This document shows, piece after piece, positions 36,918 to 48,326 of a DNA stretch of 64,000 bases (its first letter is position 1; each line of letters begins with the position of its first letter). The notes under the pieces were generated by a model. That model ran no database searches and was not told where the DNA came from. It was given only the letters and a program-made list of their open reading frames with translations. The translations under genes and the position numbers were made by a program. This DNA is from an uncultured Chloroflexia bacterium (GTDB lineage: Bacteria > Chloroflexota > Dehalococcoidia > Dehalococcoidales > RBG-16-60-22): NCBI GenBank assembly GCA_963739395.1, contig CAVUAE010000001.1, forward strand, positions 948,137-1,012,136, given 5' to 3'.

Positions 36918-37733
36918 ATGATAAGAAATCCAACTGTCGCCGGTTATTTCTATCCCGACTCGCCGGCGGAACTAAACGCCATGCTGGCGAAATTCATCGA
37001 CAAAACCGCACCCAAAGAAGAAGTAATCGGTTTGCTGATGCCTCATGCCGGTTATATCTACTCCGGTGCAGTAGCCGGGGCGGCCATCTCCAGGGTTAAG
37101 TTTAAGGATACCTTTATCATTATCGGACCCTCCCATTCCGGCATGGGCAAACCCTTTAGCGTCATGCCGGAAGGCACCTGGAAGACGCCGCTGGGAGAGG
37201 TCGAGGTTAATAAGGAATTAGCTTATAAGATTATCGGATTTTCCAAGTTCGCTGAAGAAGACTATCTCGCCCACGAGAACGAACACGCCGTGGAGGTGCA
37301 AATCCCGTTCCTGCAATACATCAAACCGGACGTTAAGATAGTACCTATTATCCTCACTGGAGACGCGGACGAAATTTATAAAGAAATCGGTCATGCCATC
37401 GCCCGGGCAATTAAGAGCCTAAGGCAGAAAGTGGTCATCCTTGCCAGCGGCGATATGACACATTATCAGCCTGCGGAAGTAGCACGGGAGAAGGACATGA
37501 AAGCGGTGGAAGCGATGCTTGCCCTCGATGAAGATGAGCTGACACAACGATATAATAATCTGCACATAACGATGTGCGCTTACGGCCCTTTAGTTACCCT
37601 CATGGCCGCCGCAAAAGAGCTAGGGGCTAACAGCGCAGAACTGGTGAAATACCAGAATAGCGGCGATGCCTCCGGCGATTATAATTCGGTGGTGGCTTAT
37701 GCGGGGGTTATCTTTAAGAAGGGAGGGGCATAG
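36918..37733 (+). CDS. amrB: AmmeMemoRadiSam system protein B (MEMO1 family)
   Basis: IRNPTVAGYFYP, PHAGYIYSG, GPSH, EHAVEVQIPFLQ, SGDMTHY. Confidence 0.92.
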   Translation: MIRNPTVAGYFYPDSPAELNAMLAKFIDKTAPKEEVIGLLMPHAGYIYSGAVAGAAISRVKFKDTFIIIGPSHSGMGKPFSVMPEGTWKTPLGEVEVNKELAYKIIGFSKFAEEDYLAHENEHAVEVQIPFLQYIKPDVKIVPIILTGDADEIYKEIGHAIARAIKSLRQKVVILASGDMTHYQPAEVAREKDMKAVEAMLALDEDELTQRYNNLHITMCAYGPLVTLMAAAKELGANSAELVKYQNSGDASGDYNSVVAYAGVIFKKGGA

Positions 37734-38240
37734 ATGCACCCGATTACGACCTTGGCTCAAGAAACTGTAGAAACCTACGTCAAGACAGGTAAGAGGCTTG
37801 CCGCGCCCAAAAACCTCACCCCGGAAATGAAGGAACAGGCAGGCGTCTTTGTTTCCATCCACAAGTTGGACGATTTACGCGGCTGCATCGGCACCTTCGA
37901 GCCGCAGGAAAAGAACGTAGCCGAAGAGGTCATCACTAATGCGATTAGCTCGGCTACCCGCGACCCGCGTTTCGAGCCCATCACCGAGGATGAATTAAAA
38001 GACCTCGACTACTCCGTGGATGTGCTGACCGAGCCGGAACCGGTGCCGGATAAAAAACAACTCGACCCCAAAAAATACGGCGTAATTGTACAGGCGGGGT
38101 GGCGAAGGGGCTTATTATTACCGGACCTGGAGGGCGTGGACTCGGCGGATTACCAGATAGACATCTGTCGTCAGAAGGGCGGCATCGGACCCAATGAGCC
38201 GGTGCAGCTTTATAGGTTTGAGGTAAAGAGGTATAAGTGA
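37734..38240 (+). CDS. amrA: AmmeMemoRadiSam system protein A (AMMECR1 family)
   Basis: GVFVSI...[26 protein letters not shown]. Confidence 0.92.
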   Translation: MHPITTLAQETVETYVKTGKRLAAPKNLTPEMKEQAGVFVSIHKLDDLRGCIGTFEPQEKNVAEEVITNAISSATRDPRFEPITEDELKDLDYSVDVLTEPEPVPDKKQLDPKKYGVIVQAGWRRGLLLPDLEGVDSADYQIDICRQKGGIGPNEPVQLYRFEVKRYK

Positions 38241-38372
38241 GGGGAAAAATTAAGTTTAAATAATATATTTTAGGTAAGGAGGAATTTTAAGTAACAGGGA
38301 GGTGAAGGGGTATAGTCATGAAGCAAATAACTATTAACAAATATAAATGAAAAAATTGAAGGAGAATTTTAT

Positions 38373-39158
38373 ATGTATAAAACAAAGGTATTGCTTCTTG
38401 GCTTGTTAATAATATCCTCTATCACAGGGTTATTTTTTAGTGGGTGCGATTCTATTTCAGTCGATAATAAACCGGACGGCACTACTCCGGCAGGTTTCTG
38501 GATTACTTCATACCCAGAAGGGGCATCAGTTTACTTAGCTCCAGGCACAATCGCCACCTATGATAATTTCGAATTGATAGACACTAAATATCTCATTGGT
38601 AAAACACCGTTGTATGTCAACATTACGCCTGGGGCGTACTTAATTGCGACAAGTTTATCGTCTAATAAACTCGAGGAGATGGGGTACGAAGTATCCTATC
38701 CATATTCTTCAAGCGGTCCAAATGCTAACGATTACTTTATCAACGATGGTAACTTTGTTAAACGGGTAAATTATGATCAGGAAAAACCCGATCGAATTTC
38801 AAGTATAGCCAAGGTTTACAGCATCTCAGATCAGGACAAATCAATTATCAGTATTTTAATACCTATAGATAAAGAGGATTATCCACTATCACGTCCTTAT
38901 TTCTATCCTTCTTTTGACATGGTATCGTCGATTGGTGTTAGTTACCCTGTTGTAGAATCAGATATAGTTTCCGGAGTCATAAGAAATATCAACGACTATA
39001 ATATAGGAACTGGCATCAATGATAGGATAGTAGAAGATATGGCGAAAGTTGTGTCACGGGTGGGAAAAGTGATTCTGTATTGTGTTGGTAAATATCAAGT
39101 AGTGGTGCAGGCATCGAGTCAGGAAAGTAAAAATTTCATGATACAAATCCGATACTAA
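38373..39158 (+). CDS. Hypothetical lipoprotein (PEGA-like), AT-rich
   Basis: Lipobox FFSGC; ITSYPEGASVYL and IGKTPL resemble PEGA motifs. Confidence 0.65.
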   Translation: MYKTKVLLLGLLIISSITGLFFSGCDSISVDNKPDGTTPAGFWITSYPEGASVYLAPGTIATYDNFELIDTKYLIGKTPLYVNITPGAYLIATSLSSNKLEEMGYEVSYPYSSSGPNANDYFINDGNFVKRVNYDQEKPDRISSIAKVYSISDQDKSIISILIPIDKEDYPLSRPYFYPSFDMVSSIGVSYPVVESDIVSGVIRNINDYNIGTGINDRIVEDMAKVVSRVGKVILYCVGKYQVVVQASSQESKNFMIQIRY

Positions 39159-39303
39159 CGAATGTAAATTGAGAATGGGGAGGAGAGCATATAAGAAAAT
39201 GCCACTCTCCTTCCCTACCTATAAGTCAAGGGGGTATAGGGGCGGGGTGGATAAAAAAACTAAATTGGAGTAAATTATAAAAACCAATGCGAAAAGGTCT
39301 GCT

Positions 39304-40668
39304 ATGAACATGGATATGTTCGAAAAACAAGCGGAACAGCAGAAGTTGCAGCAAGCGCCGCTGGCGACACGCATGAGACCCAAAAACCTTAATGGCTTCG
39401 TCGGTCAGGAGCATCTTTTAGGCAAAGGACGAGTACTGCGGCGGGCTATCGAGGGCGACCGTATTCCTTCGATGATATTTTGGGGTCCGCCGGGCAGCGG
39501 CAAGACCACCCTGGCGAATATTATCGCCAATAGCACGGGGGCACACTTTTCGGCGGTCAGCGCCGTCAGCGCCAGCGTCGCCGACCTGCGGAAAATCGTC
39601 GAGCAGGCGAAAGAGCGGCGCCAGATAAATGCGCAAAGAACAATTCTTTTTATCGATGAAATCCACCGCTTTAATAAAACCCAGCAGGATGCAGTGCTGC
39701 CCTACGTCGAAGACGGCACGGTCATTCTTATCGGGGCGACGACAGAAAATCCATCTTTTGAGGTAACGTCACCGTTGCTTTCGCGAACACGCGTTATACC
39801 ACTTAAGCCACTGACCGATGGCGAAATTAAAATATTAATTCTACGGGCGGCGACAGATAAACTGCAAGGCTTAGGCGAACTCAACATCGAGCTGCTAAAC
39901 GATACACTAGACCATCTGGTAAAAATGTCTAACCACGACGCACGGATGGCGCTTAATACCCTGGAAATTGCTGCCTTAAGCACACCGGTCGATGCCACAG
40001 GACAAAGAGTTATCAAGTTAGAGACTATCGAAGATGCTTTCCAAAAACGTGCAATACAATATGATCGGGTAGGCGAGCAGCATTACAACCTCATCTCAGC
40101 GCTGCATAAATCCATGCGGGATTCCGACCCCGACGCCTCGATTTACTGGCTGGCGATGATGCTGGAGGCTGGGGAAGACCCGTTATATATCGCCCGACGT
40201 ATGGTGCGCTTCGCCTCGGAAGATATCGGCATGGCTGACCCGCAGGCATTAGTTGTCGCCATGGCGGCACAGCAAGCTGTGCACTTTATCGGCATGCCGG
40301 AGGGCAATTTGGCTTTGACCGAGGCAGCGGTTTACTTGGCGACGGCCCCAAAGAGTAACTCGCTTTATGCGGCATATTCCAAAGTGCAGGACCTAATCAA
40401 AGAAGGCTCCAGCGAGAATGTGCCCATGAACATCCGCAACGCACCGACGTCGCTGATGAAAGAAATGGGCTACGGCAAGGACTATAAATACGCCCATGAT
40501 TATCCTGACCATGTCGTCGACCAGCAGCACTTACCGGATTCCGTCAAGGATAAGAAATTCTACGAGCCGGGGACGCTGGGGTACGAAAAGCAGATACTCG
40601 AGCGTCAAAACGACCAGGAAGAGAAGAAGCGGAAGATGGCGGAGGGGGGTAAAGGGGCGGAAAGCTAG
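39304..40668 (+). CDS. rarA: Replication-associated recombination protein A
   Basis: PLATRMRP, GPPGSGKT, FIDEIHRFNK, ATTENPSF, SALHKS, ASEDIG. Confidence 0.95.
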   Translation: MNMDMFEKQAEQQKLQQAPLATRMRPKNLNGFVGQEHLLGKGRVLRRAIEGDRIPSMIFWGPPGSGKTTLANIIANSTGAHFSAVSAVSASVADLRKIVEQAKERRQINAQRTILFIDEIHRFNKTQQDAVLPYVEDGTVILIGATTENPSFEVTSPLLSRTRVIPLKPLTDGEIKILILRAATDKLQGLGELNIELLNDTLDHLVKMSNHDARMALNTLEIAALSTPVDATGQRVIKLETIEDAFQKRAIQYDRVGEQHYNLISALHKSMRDSDPDASIYWLAMMLEAGEDPLYIARRMVRFASEDIGMADPQALVVAMAAQQAVHFIGMPEGNLALTEAAVYLATAPKSNSLYAAYSKVQDLIKEGSSENVPMNIRNAPTSLMKEMGYGKDYKYAHDYPDHVVDQQHLPDSVKDKKFYEPGTLGYEKQILERQNDQEEKKRKMAEGGKGAES

Positions 40669-40769
40669 ACCCTTTTCTTGACAATCAATAGGTTTCTCCA
40701 ATAAAATCATCTTGGTCAAAACACGTTTCCTTACTGTAATTACTCGCCGTTCAAGATAAAGGAGGAACG

Positions 40770-41399
40770 ATGCCAAGATTTCCCTTTATGCCCCGAGAAG
40801 AAAAATTCTTCGACCTGTTTGAGCAGAGTGCCACAAATATCATTAAAGCTGCCAAATCGCTGAAAGAGATGCTCGATACCTGGCAGTTTCTTGATAGTCA
40901 CGTGGCGGAAATAACCGAACTGGAACATGACGGTGACACGATAACCCACCAGATAATTTCTCTGTTGCACCGCACTTTTGTAACGCCATTCGACCGCGAG
41001 GATATCGCCTTGCTGGCGCATACGATGGACGACGTAATTGATTTTATACACTCCGCCGCCGACGCTATGTTTATCTATAAGATATCTAATCCCTCTAATA
41101 GAGCTAAAGAACTGGCTGATGTCATCGTGCTGGCAGCGGCGGAGCTGGAAAAAGCCATATTAGGATTACGACATAAAAAAGAATTTAAAAATATGCTGGA
41201 GAGGTGCGTTGAGATAAACCGACTGGAAAACGCCGCCGACCGGATATACCGCGCCGCCATCGGTGAACTTTTTGATAACACAAAAGATATGGCGCATGTA
41301 ATCAAATGGCGCGAGATTTATGAACATATGGAAACCGCTACCGACAGGTGTGAGGATGTGGCTGATGTTATTGAAGGGGTAGCCCTGAAGAATGCCTGA
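40770..41399 (+). CDS. DUF47 family phosphate-transport regulator
   Basis: LEHDGD, TFVTPFDREDI, LENAAD, DRCEDVA; coupled to pit. Confidence 0.92.
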   Translation: MPRFPFMPREEKFFDLFEQSATNIIKAAKSLKEMLDTWQFLDSHVAEITELEHDGDTITHQIISLLHRTFVTPFDREDIALLAHTMDDVIDFIHSAADAMFIYKISNPSNRAKELADVIVLAAAELEKAILGLRHKKEFKNMLERCVEINRLENAADRIYRAAIGELFDNTKDMAHVIKWREIYEHMETATDRCEDVADVIEGVALKNA

Positions 41400-42387
41400 T
41401 ATAAGTCTGGCATTAATAATAACTCTAATCCTGATATTAGGCGCTGAATTCGTCAACGGGTGGACGGATGCGCCTAACGCCATCGCCACAGTAGTTTCCA
41501 CACGAGTGCTTTCTCCTGGTTATGCCGTAATTATGGCTGCTGTGCTTAATATCGTTGGTGCATTGGCTACCGGCACCGCGGTGGCGGCGACCATCGGCGA
41601 AGGCATTGTCAAGCAAAATTTCATTTCGCTTCCAGTAGTCGCCGCCGCCATGTTAACCATTCTGGTCTGGAGTTGCGTTACCTGGTACTTTGCTATTCCC
41701 ACCAGCAAAAGCCACGAGCTTATCGCCGGGCTTACGGGCGCCAGTTTGGCGGCGGCAGGACAGTCCGTGCTGCTATGGGAAGGATGGGAAAAGGTGCTCA
41801 TCGGACTGGGGTTTTCCACCATCCTGGGATTCGTCTTCGGTATTGTAATAATGAGTATTATCTATTGGATGTTGCAGCACGCCGCGCTTACAAAGATACG
41901 CAATACGTTCAGCCGACTTCAGATATTATCGGCGGCATTTATGGCTTTCAGCCACGGCAGTAATGACGGACAAAAGTTTATGGGCGTCTTTTCCTTAGCG
42001 CTGGTGCTGGGCGGGGTGATACCCAGTTTCCACGTGTCCTGGTGGGTGATGTTAATCTGCGGGGCGGTGATGGGGCTGGGAACAATAATAGGCGGGTGGC
42101 GTATTATCAGGACGCTGGGATTCAGGCTTACCAGGCTGGAACCAGTCAACGGCTTTGCGGCAGAGACATCAGGTAGTATAGTGATTCTGCTTGGTTCGCG
42201 CTTCGGCATACCTTTAAGCACCACCCACTGTATCACGACAGCCATCATGGGGGTGGGTGCCAGCCGGCGTTTTTCAGCAGTGCGGTGGGGTATGGCGCGG
42301 AGTATTATCCTGACATGGGTTGTTACGTTCCCGGTATGCGGTATTTTGGGATACCTTTTTTCGCTGCTGTTGAACTGGATATTCTAA
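41392..42387 (+). CDS. pit: Inorganic phosphate transporter (PiT family)
   Basis: NGWTDAPNAIAT and HGSNDGQK signatures, PLSTTH. Confidence 0.92.
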   Translation: MPDISLALIITLILILGAEFVNGWTDAPNAIATVVSTRVLSPGYAVIMAAVLNIVGALATGTAVAATIGEGIVKQNFISLPVVAAAMLTILVWSCVTWYFAIPTSKSHELIAGLTGASLAAAGQSVLLWEGWEKVLIGLGFSTILGFVFGIVIMSIIYWMLQHAALTKIRNTFSRLQILSAAFMAFSHGSNDGQKFMGVFSLALVLGGVIPSFHVSWWVMLICGAVMGLGTIIGGWRIIRTLGFRLTRLEPVNGFAAETSGSIVILLGSRFGIPLSTTHCITTAIMGVGASRRFSAVRWGMARSIILTWVVTFPVCGILGYLFSLLLNWIF

Positions 42388-42392
42388 AGATT

Positions 42393-43019
42393 TTAGATTT
42401 CACAAACGCGTTGGACGGCGCGGCATTTTTCTGCGGTGATAATTGCTTTAATATTCTCGATAGCGTGCTTGATTTTACCTTCGCGGTTAACGACAACATA
42501 ATCGAACATGGGGATGCTATCTAATTCTTTCTCGGCGGTTTTCAAACGAAGTTCCAATTCTGCCGACGTTTCGGTGCGACGTTTTTTCAAACGCTGTTCT
42601 AGCTCATCCAGAGTTAATGTTATCAGAAAGACTAGTAATGCCTGCGGCACTTTTTTCTTAATCGTTGCGGCGCCCTGAACATCTATTTTTACTATAACGT
42701 CCTGCCCACGCTTTAAGGCTTGCCGAACCGGGTCGGCGGGGATGCCGTAGCGGTTGCCATAGACATTTGCCCATTCCAATAGTTGATTAGAATCAATCAT
42801 TGTTTGGAATTTTTGAGGAGTAATAAAATAATAATCGACGCCATCTTTTTCACTGGGACGACGTGTCCGCGTGGTAGCCGAGACGCTGATAAAAGCGTTG
42901 AGTCCTGATTTCCTTAGTCCAGCCAAGACAGTGTCCTTGCCGACGCCAGAAAGACCGGAGAGGACGATTAAGAGGGGTTTAGCAGGTGGGATGAGGGATG
43001 AGCTTTTTTCACCCTTCAT
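42393..43019 (-). CDS. gmk: Guanylate kinase
   Basis: [38 protein letters not shown]. Start at ATG 43019. Confidence 0.93.
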   Translation of the reverse strand: MKGEKSSSLIPPAKPLLIVLSGLSGVGKDTVLAGLRKSGLNAFISVSATTRTRRPSEKDGVDYYFITPQKFQTMIDSNQLLEWANVYGNRYGIPADPVRQALKRGQDVIVKIDVQGAATIKKKVPQALLVFLITLTLDELEQRLKKRRTETSAELELRLKTAEKELDSIPMFDYVVVNREGKIKHAIENIKAIITAEKCRAVQRVCEI

Positions 43020-43299
43020 TATCGCTTTCACTTTGCTCTTGCTTTGACAGGACAGGTGTGCGTGACGTAAAGCGGCTGGCGATAGTTTCCGGGGCGAGCG
43101 CTGCCAAGACAATATGTCCGCTATCGGTAAAAATAACGGCTTTAGTTCTTCTGCCGCTGGTCATATCAATTACTTTGCCGTTACTTCTGCCGTCGTGAAT
43201 AATGCGTTTTGTGGGGGCGGAGTTGGGGGAGGCTATAGCGATGGTCCGACTCATTGCCAGAATGTTGCCAAAACCGATGTGAACCAGTTCAATGCTCAT
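43009..43299 (-). CDS. remA: RemA/DUF370 family protein
   Basis: [27 protein letters not shown]; typical position upstream of gmk. Confidence 0.9.
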   Translation of the reverse strand: MSIELVHIGFGNILAMSRTIAIASPNSAPTKRIIHDGRSNGKVIDMTSGRRTKAVIFTDSGHIVLAALAPETIASRFTSRTPVLSKQEQSESDNEG

Positions 43300-43634
43300 A
43301 ATCTCACCTCGTAAAAATCATAGGGCTAAACACATGACAATGCGCCAGTATCCGCTTAAATAATTCTATAGGGAAAAGCCCTTCAATAAACTATCACTTG
43401 TATGCTAGCTTGTCAAGGTTTTATCTGGAAAAATTGTTCGATGTGTAAAAATAATATCAAAGGTATTTTTATCTATGACGAAAGAGCGGGGGAATAAGTA
43501 CTGGCTTGTGTCCTCAAATAAATAGAACCTTATCCATCAACCCCCTTTCCTTACAGCCAATAATATGCTAGAATATATGCTGGAATCTGAAAGCAGCCTT
43601 AAAAACTGAATAAATTAAACCAGAGAACGAGTCT

Positions 43635-43751
43635 CTTGGTGGTTAGAGCGAGGTGGTCCCACCCGTTCCCATCCCGAACACGGAAGTGAAACGCCCCAGC
43701 GCAGACGATACTGAGGGGACAACCCTTTGTGGAAAATATGCCACTGCCAGG
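43635..43751 (+). rRNA. rrf: 5S rRNA (stand-alone)
   Basis: CTTGGTGG...CCACCCGTTCCCATCCCGAACACGGAAGTGAA...GACGATACT...CTGCCAGG, with helix I pairing. Confidence 0.95.
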
Positions 43752-43926
43752 AGACTTTTCTTTTTTCATGCATAAAAAGGTCACTTCGACAAGCTCAGGA
43801 CAAGCTATTTCTACGTAAATACAGCCATTTATTGCAAGGGTTACCCCTCTTGCTTTACCAGTGGTGATATTATAAGATTAGAAATAGAGAGTCACTCACC
43901 ACACAAATTTACACCAAAGAATCTAT

Positions 43927-46722
43927 ATGGCAAGCAGATTTGAAAAATTTTCCGAGAGAGCCCGTCGTGTCCTTACGATAGCCCAGGAAGAGGCACGCGC
44001 CCTAAATCACAGCTACATCGGCACGGAGCATATTTTGCTCGGCCTGGTACGCGAAGAAGAGGGCGTGGCTGCCAAGGTACTCACCAACCTGGGAATCGGC
44101 TTAAGCAAAGTACGCTCGGCGGTGGAGTTTATCATCGGGCGGGGAGAAAAACCCGGCACCGGCGAGACTGGACTTACCCCCCGAGCCAAGAAAGTCATTG
44201 AATTAGCTATCGATGAAGCCCGCCAAATGGGGCATAACTATATCGGCACCGAACATTTATTACTGGGACTGCTGCGTGAGGGTGAAGGAGTGGCATCCAG
44301 CGTGCTGGATAGCTTCGGGATTACCCTGGAGCGAGCCCGTACCGAAGTAACTCATATTCTGACTCAGGGCGTGCCTAAAGCCAGATTGACTCGCAGCGCC
44401 AGCAAGACTCCAGCTTTAGACCAGCTGGGCACCGACCTTACGGAAGCCGCCCGCAAAAAGAAACTCGACCCCATTATCGGACGGCATAAAGAGATAGAGC
44501 GCGTCATCCAGATTCTAAGTCGCCGCACCAAGAACAATCCCGCGCTTATCGGTGAGCCGGGCGTGGGCAAGACCGCTATCGTCGAAGGACTAGCACAACA
44601 AATTGTCTCGGGCACCGTCCCCGAAATGTTAGAAGATAGAAGACTCATCTCCCTAGACATGGGGTCGCTGGTAGCGGGCACGAAATACCGCGGCGAGTTT
44701 GAAGAGCGACTGAAGAAGATAATCGACGAAATAAAAACTGCGGGCAATTGCATTATCTTTATCGATGAATTTCACACCATGGTTGGCGCCGGCGCTGCCG
44801 AAGGGGCCGTCGACGCGGCTAATATTTTAAAACCCTCACTAGCGCGGGGTGAGTTGCAGTGCATCGGCGCAACAACCCTGGACGATTACCGCAAATATGT
44901 CGAGCGAGACGCGGGACTGGAACGACGCTTCCAGCCTGTTCTTGTTGAGGAACCATCCGTCGAAGAGACCCTGCGGATATTACGCGGCATCAAGGAACGA
45001 TACGAGCAGCATCATCACCTGAAAATCAACGAAGAGGCTTTAGCAGCGGCCGCCAGCATGGCAGCACGATATATTCCCGACCGCTTTTTACCGGATAAAG
45101 CCATCGACCTGGTGGACGAAGCGGCATCCAGAGTACGCATACGCCACAGCACGATGCCAGTCTCCTTAAAACAAGCCAAGGAACAGCAGGATATCATCCG
45201 TAAGGATAAAGATAACGCCCTCGCCACGCAGCAATATGACGACGCCGCAGAATTGCGGGAACGCGAACTGCAAACCGAAGAAAAGATAAAAGAACTAGAG
45301 AGCGAGTGGCGGACAGAGCAAGAGAAAGAGGACGTGGTAGTGAAGAAGGAGGACATCGCCGAAGTGGTAAGCATGTGGACGGGTGTACCGATGGTACAGC
45401 TTGCCGACGACGAGGCGAGCCGTCTCCTGAATATGGAAGAGTCCTTACACAAGCGTATCGCCGGACAGGAAGAAGCCGTAAAAGCCATATCCAAAGCAGT
45501 ACGGCGAGCGCGGTCCGGTATCAAAGATCTTAAACGACCGATGGGCGTTTTCCTATTCCTGGGTCCCACGGGCGTAGGCAAGACAGAGATGGCGAAAACG
45601 CTGGCTGAATACATGTTCGGCAGCGAAGATGCGCTCATCCGCATCGATATGTCCGAGTTCATGGAAAAATTCGCTGTTTCCAGACTGGTTGGGGCGCCGC
45701 CGGGATACATTGGGTATGAAGAAGGCGGTCAGCTAACCGAAGCAGTGCGGCGCAAGTCATATAGCTGCATCCTGCTGGATGAAATCGAAAAAGCCCACCC
45801 GGATGTCTTCAACCTGCTTCTCCAGATTTTCGATGACGGGCATTTGACCGACGCTAAGGGTCGTCGAGTAGATTTCCGCAACAGTATTATAATAATGACC
45901 AGCAACTTCGGCGCAATAGAAATCAAGCGAGGTTCGGTCGGTTTTGCCTCACGCAGTGATGAAGCGAAAACGCGGGAACGCTCTTACGAAAAAATGAAGG
46001 ATGACCTGCTGACCAAATTAAGGGACAGCCGCGAAAGCAACTTCCGTCCTGAGTTCCTGAACCGTATCGACGATATCATCGTCTTCCATACCCTCACCGA
46101 GGAGCAAATACGGGCAATCGTGGACATGATGCTGGCTGCCGTCGGTCGGCAACTCGCCGAAAAGGAAATTAAATTACAGGTAACCGACACCGCCAAGAAC
46201 CAACTCGGTAAAGAAGGGTATAAAGAGGAATACGGGGCGCGCCAGCTGCGTCGCGTCATACAGAACCGTGTTGAAGATAGACTTTCGGAAGCGGTGCTGC
46301 GAGGCGGCTTTAAAACCTTCGACCGGATATATGAAACTAAGGCAACTATCAAGATGCCAGGCGTAATGGATAGTATCGTCAAGGAAACTAAAGAAATCCC
46401 CGATAAGCGCGCCGTGCAGAAGAGCTCGGATAAATTCCGCGTTGTCCCAGAGATTAAAGGTATTGAAGTCAAAGGCGATAATCTCACCGTTTACGCTTCT
46501 GAAAGCATAAAATACGAACTAGAGAAAATTATTAAAGAAACGATGGACGAGAAGGCGAAAAGCAAGGCGGCGAAAAAGGTCAGGCTTATCGAGGAAGTTA
46601 AGGTAATAGAGAACTCTTACATTTCCGAAGTGGTAGTTGATATAGAGGACGAGGAGTATACTATCGACTCCAACGATGAATTTTCTCTGCCGAATGCTCC
46701 GGTAAGCGCCAAAGCGAGATAG
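43927..46722 (+). CDS. clpC: ATP-dependent Clp protease ATPase subunit with C-terminal insertion
   Basis: Double Clp-[12 protein letters not shown] coiled coil, [27 protein letters not shown]. Confidence 0.96.
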   Translation: MASRFEKFSERARRVLTIAQEEARALNHSYIGTEHILLGLVREEEGVAAKVLTNLGIGLSKVRSAVEFIIGRGEKPGTGETGLTPRAKKVIELAIDEARQMGHNYIGTEHLLLGLLREGEGVASSVLDSFGITLERARTEVTHILTQGVPKARLTRSASKTPALDQLGTDLTEAARKKKLDPIIGRHKEIERVIQILSRRTKNNPALIGEPGVGKTAIVEGLAQQIVSGTVPEMLEDRRLISLDMGSLVAGTKYRGEFEERLKKIIDEIKTAGNCIIFIDEFHTMVGAGAAEGAVDAANILKPSLARGELQCIGATTLDDYRKYVERDAGLERRFQPVLVEEPSVEETLRILRGIKERYEQHHHLKINEEALAAAASMAARYIPDRFLPDKAIDLVDEAASRVRIRHSTMPVSLKQAKEQQDIIRKDKDNALATQQYDDAAELRERELQTEEKIKELESEWRTEQEKEDVVVKKEDIAEVVSMWTGVPMVQLADDEASRLLNMEESLHKRIAGQEEAVKAISKAVRRARSGIKDLKRPMGVFLFLGPTGVGKTEMAKTLAEYMFGSEDALIRIDMSEFMEKFAVSRLVGAPPGYIGYEEGGQLTEAVRRKSYSCILLDEIEKAHPDVFNLLLQIFDDGHLTDAKGRRVDFRNSIIIMTSNFGAIEIKRGSVGFASRSDEAKTRERSYEKMKDDLLTKLRDSRESNFRPEFLNRIDDIIVFHTLTEEQIRAIVDMMLAAVGRQLAEKEIKLQVTDTAKNQLGKEGYKEEYGARQLRRVIQNRVEDRLSEAVLRGGFKTFDRIYETKATIKMPGVMDSIVKETKEIPDKRAVQKSSDKFRVVPEIKGIEVKGDNLTVYASESIKYELEKIIKETMDEKAKSKAAKKVRLIEEVKVIENSYISEVVVDIEDEEYTIDSNDEFSLPNAPVSAKAR

Positions 46723-46836
46723 CCAACAAAAGATGTGACATCTATAACCGGCTTTAGTATAATAGGACGGTGGCAGTTTAAGTAACTCCACCGCCTTTTT
46801 GTTTAGTAAAAGATATTCAGGAAAGGAGCCAGATAA

Positions 46837-47058
46837 TTGGCGAGAGAAACAGTTGAAGTTCCTATCACTGGAAAAATCATCAGCGTCGAAGTGAAGGTTG
46901 GCGATATCGTGAATGAGGGCGACGTCATCTGCGTTTTAGAGTCTATGAAAATGGAAAACCCGATACTGGCGGCGGTGGGCGGTAAAGTGGTAGCAATCGG
47001 GGTAAAAAAGGAGCAGGTGGTTAAGCCCGGCGAGATGATTGCCGTGATTGAATATTAA
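46837..47058 (+). CDS. Stand-alone biotin carboxyl carrier domain protein
   Basis: LESMKMEN biotinylation motif; TTG start after AAGGAG. Confidence 0.88.
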   Translation: MARETVEVPITGKIISVEVKVGDIVNEGDVICVLESMKMENPILAAVGGKVVAIGVKKEQVVKPGEMIAVIEY

Positions 47059-47082
47059 ACTGGACTAAACAGTCATAAATTT

Positions 47083-47112
47083 TAAAGAGGGGTATTGAAC
47101 CCCTCTTTTTTA
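47083..47112. terminator. Terminator hairpin
   Basis: AAAGAGGGG...CCCCTCTTTTTT. Confidence 0.65.
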
Positions 47113-47200
47113 TTTCGGCGATGATATTGGCGATTATGAGCGGACTACACATTGGGCCGCTGGGAGGATAGTTTAAATCCTAAGCACGAAATTCTAAATT

Positions 47201-47974
47201 CTAAACGGATTTCTGATTTCCCTTTTTCTTTTCAAGTTCTAGTCTCTTTGCCTGGGTTTCACGAACATATTTTAAAGTATTATCAACATATATTCTAGGT
47301 TTGCCGGATACTATGTTGTATAAATTTGATACATCATTTATGGGGTCCTTTTCTTCATTCATAGGTATCCTATCAGTTTCATATAAAGAAACCCAATTCA
47401 CTAAATAGTGACTAATTTTCCCTGACTTCATAGGAACAAGATAGTTAGTGATATCTATATCACTTAGTCTTTTTACGCTACTTTTTTTTATAAAATCAGG
47501 ATCATTTAAATATTTCTCACAAGTATGATGTAAAACAATACCATATAATTGAAGTTCATTCTGTAATTCATGTGCATCTATTAGTGGTCGTCCAAAATGT
47601 AAAGACTTCGTGAAATCTGCGGTTTGCATGCCAAATGCTATGGCTCCTTTAATAGGTATACTTTGGATTATAGCGTTGTAGATAATCAATTTTGTATCAA
47701 ATATTATCCAATTAAATGCTTGTTGTGATTTATCATTGGAGACAACAATAATTGAATCTGAAAATATTATATGTTTTATTGCTGGCCCAGCTTTGTTAGT
47801 AGACGCATATTTTGCCATCGTTTCAACATAGTCAATAGTTGGAAGTAGAGACTCAAGCATTTTTTTTACTTTATCATCACCGTCTCTTTGTAGTCTTTCC
47901 TTAAATCCCATTATATCCAAAAAAGCTACAAAGCGGTCATTTTTATCTTCCCAACCATCCATTTTCTCTGCCAT
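47201..47974 (-). CDS. Class III nucleotidyl-cyclase-like hypothetical protein, AT-rich
   Basis: RFVAFLDIMGF, IFSDSII, PIKGAIAFG and FGRPLIDAHEL resemble the two-Asp cyclase palm pattern. Confidence 0.55.
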   Translation of the reverse strand: MAEKMDGWEDKNDRFVAFLDIMGFKERLQRDGDDKVKKMLESLLPTIDYVETMAKYASTNKAGPAIKHIIFSDSIIVVSNDKSQQAFNWIIFDTKLIIYNAIIQSIPIKGAIAFGMQTADFTKSLHFGRPLIDAHELQNELQLYGIVLHHTCEKYLNDPDFIKKSSVKRLSDIDITNYLVPMKSGKISHYLVNWVSLYETDRIPMNEEKDPINDVSNLYNIVSGKPRIYVDNTLKYVRETQAKRLELEKKKGNQKSV

Positions 47975-48044
47975 TTTAATTTACCTCCCCCTCAATAGTA
48001 GGCTAATTATATAACGGGCGAGGGGGAGGGGCAAGGGGGTTGAC

Positions 48045-48170
48045 CTCTCCTCTTAAATTCCCCTCTCCGCTGGCACTTCGTGGTGACTCAGTGGAACCAG
48101 AGAGGGGAAAACGGGGAGGGGGTAATTAAAATCCCCCTTGGTCCCCCTTTTTCTTTCTAAAAGAGGGCTT
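48045..48170. repeat. REP-like C/G-rich palindrome cluster
   Basis: TTCCCCTCTC...GAGAGGGGAA inverted pair; AAATCCCCCTTGGTCCCCCTTTT identical to 51950-51972. Confidence 0.65.
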
Positions 48171-48326
48171 TTTTACTCCTTTTTCGGTTATTTCTAAAAT
48201 TTATTTCAAAAACCCCTTGACATCTAGGCAATTATATGTTTAAATAATAAATAGAGAATTAAATTAAAAATTAAATCAATAATTATAACGATAAATTAAA
48301 CAAAGGGTTACGGAGGTATAAAGACA

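Noticed and set aside
43790-43926. CIRCE or CtsR operator upstream of clpC
   Set aside because: Neither TTAGCACTC-N9-GAGTGCTAA nor tandem GTCAAA repeats are present.
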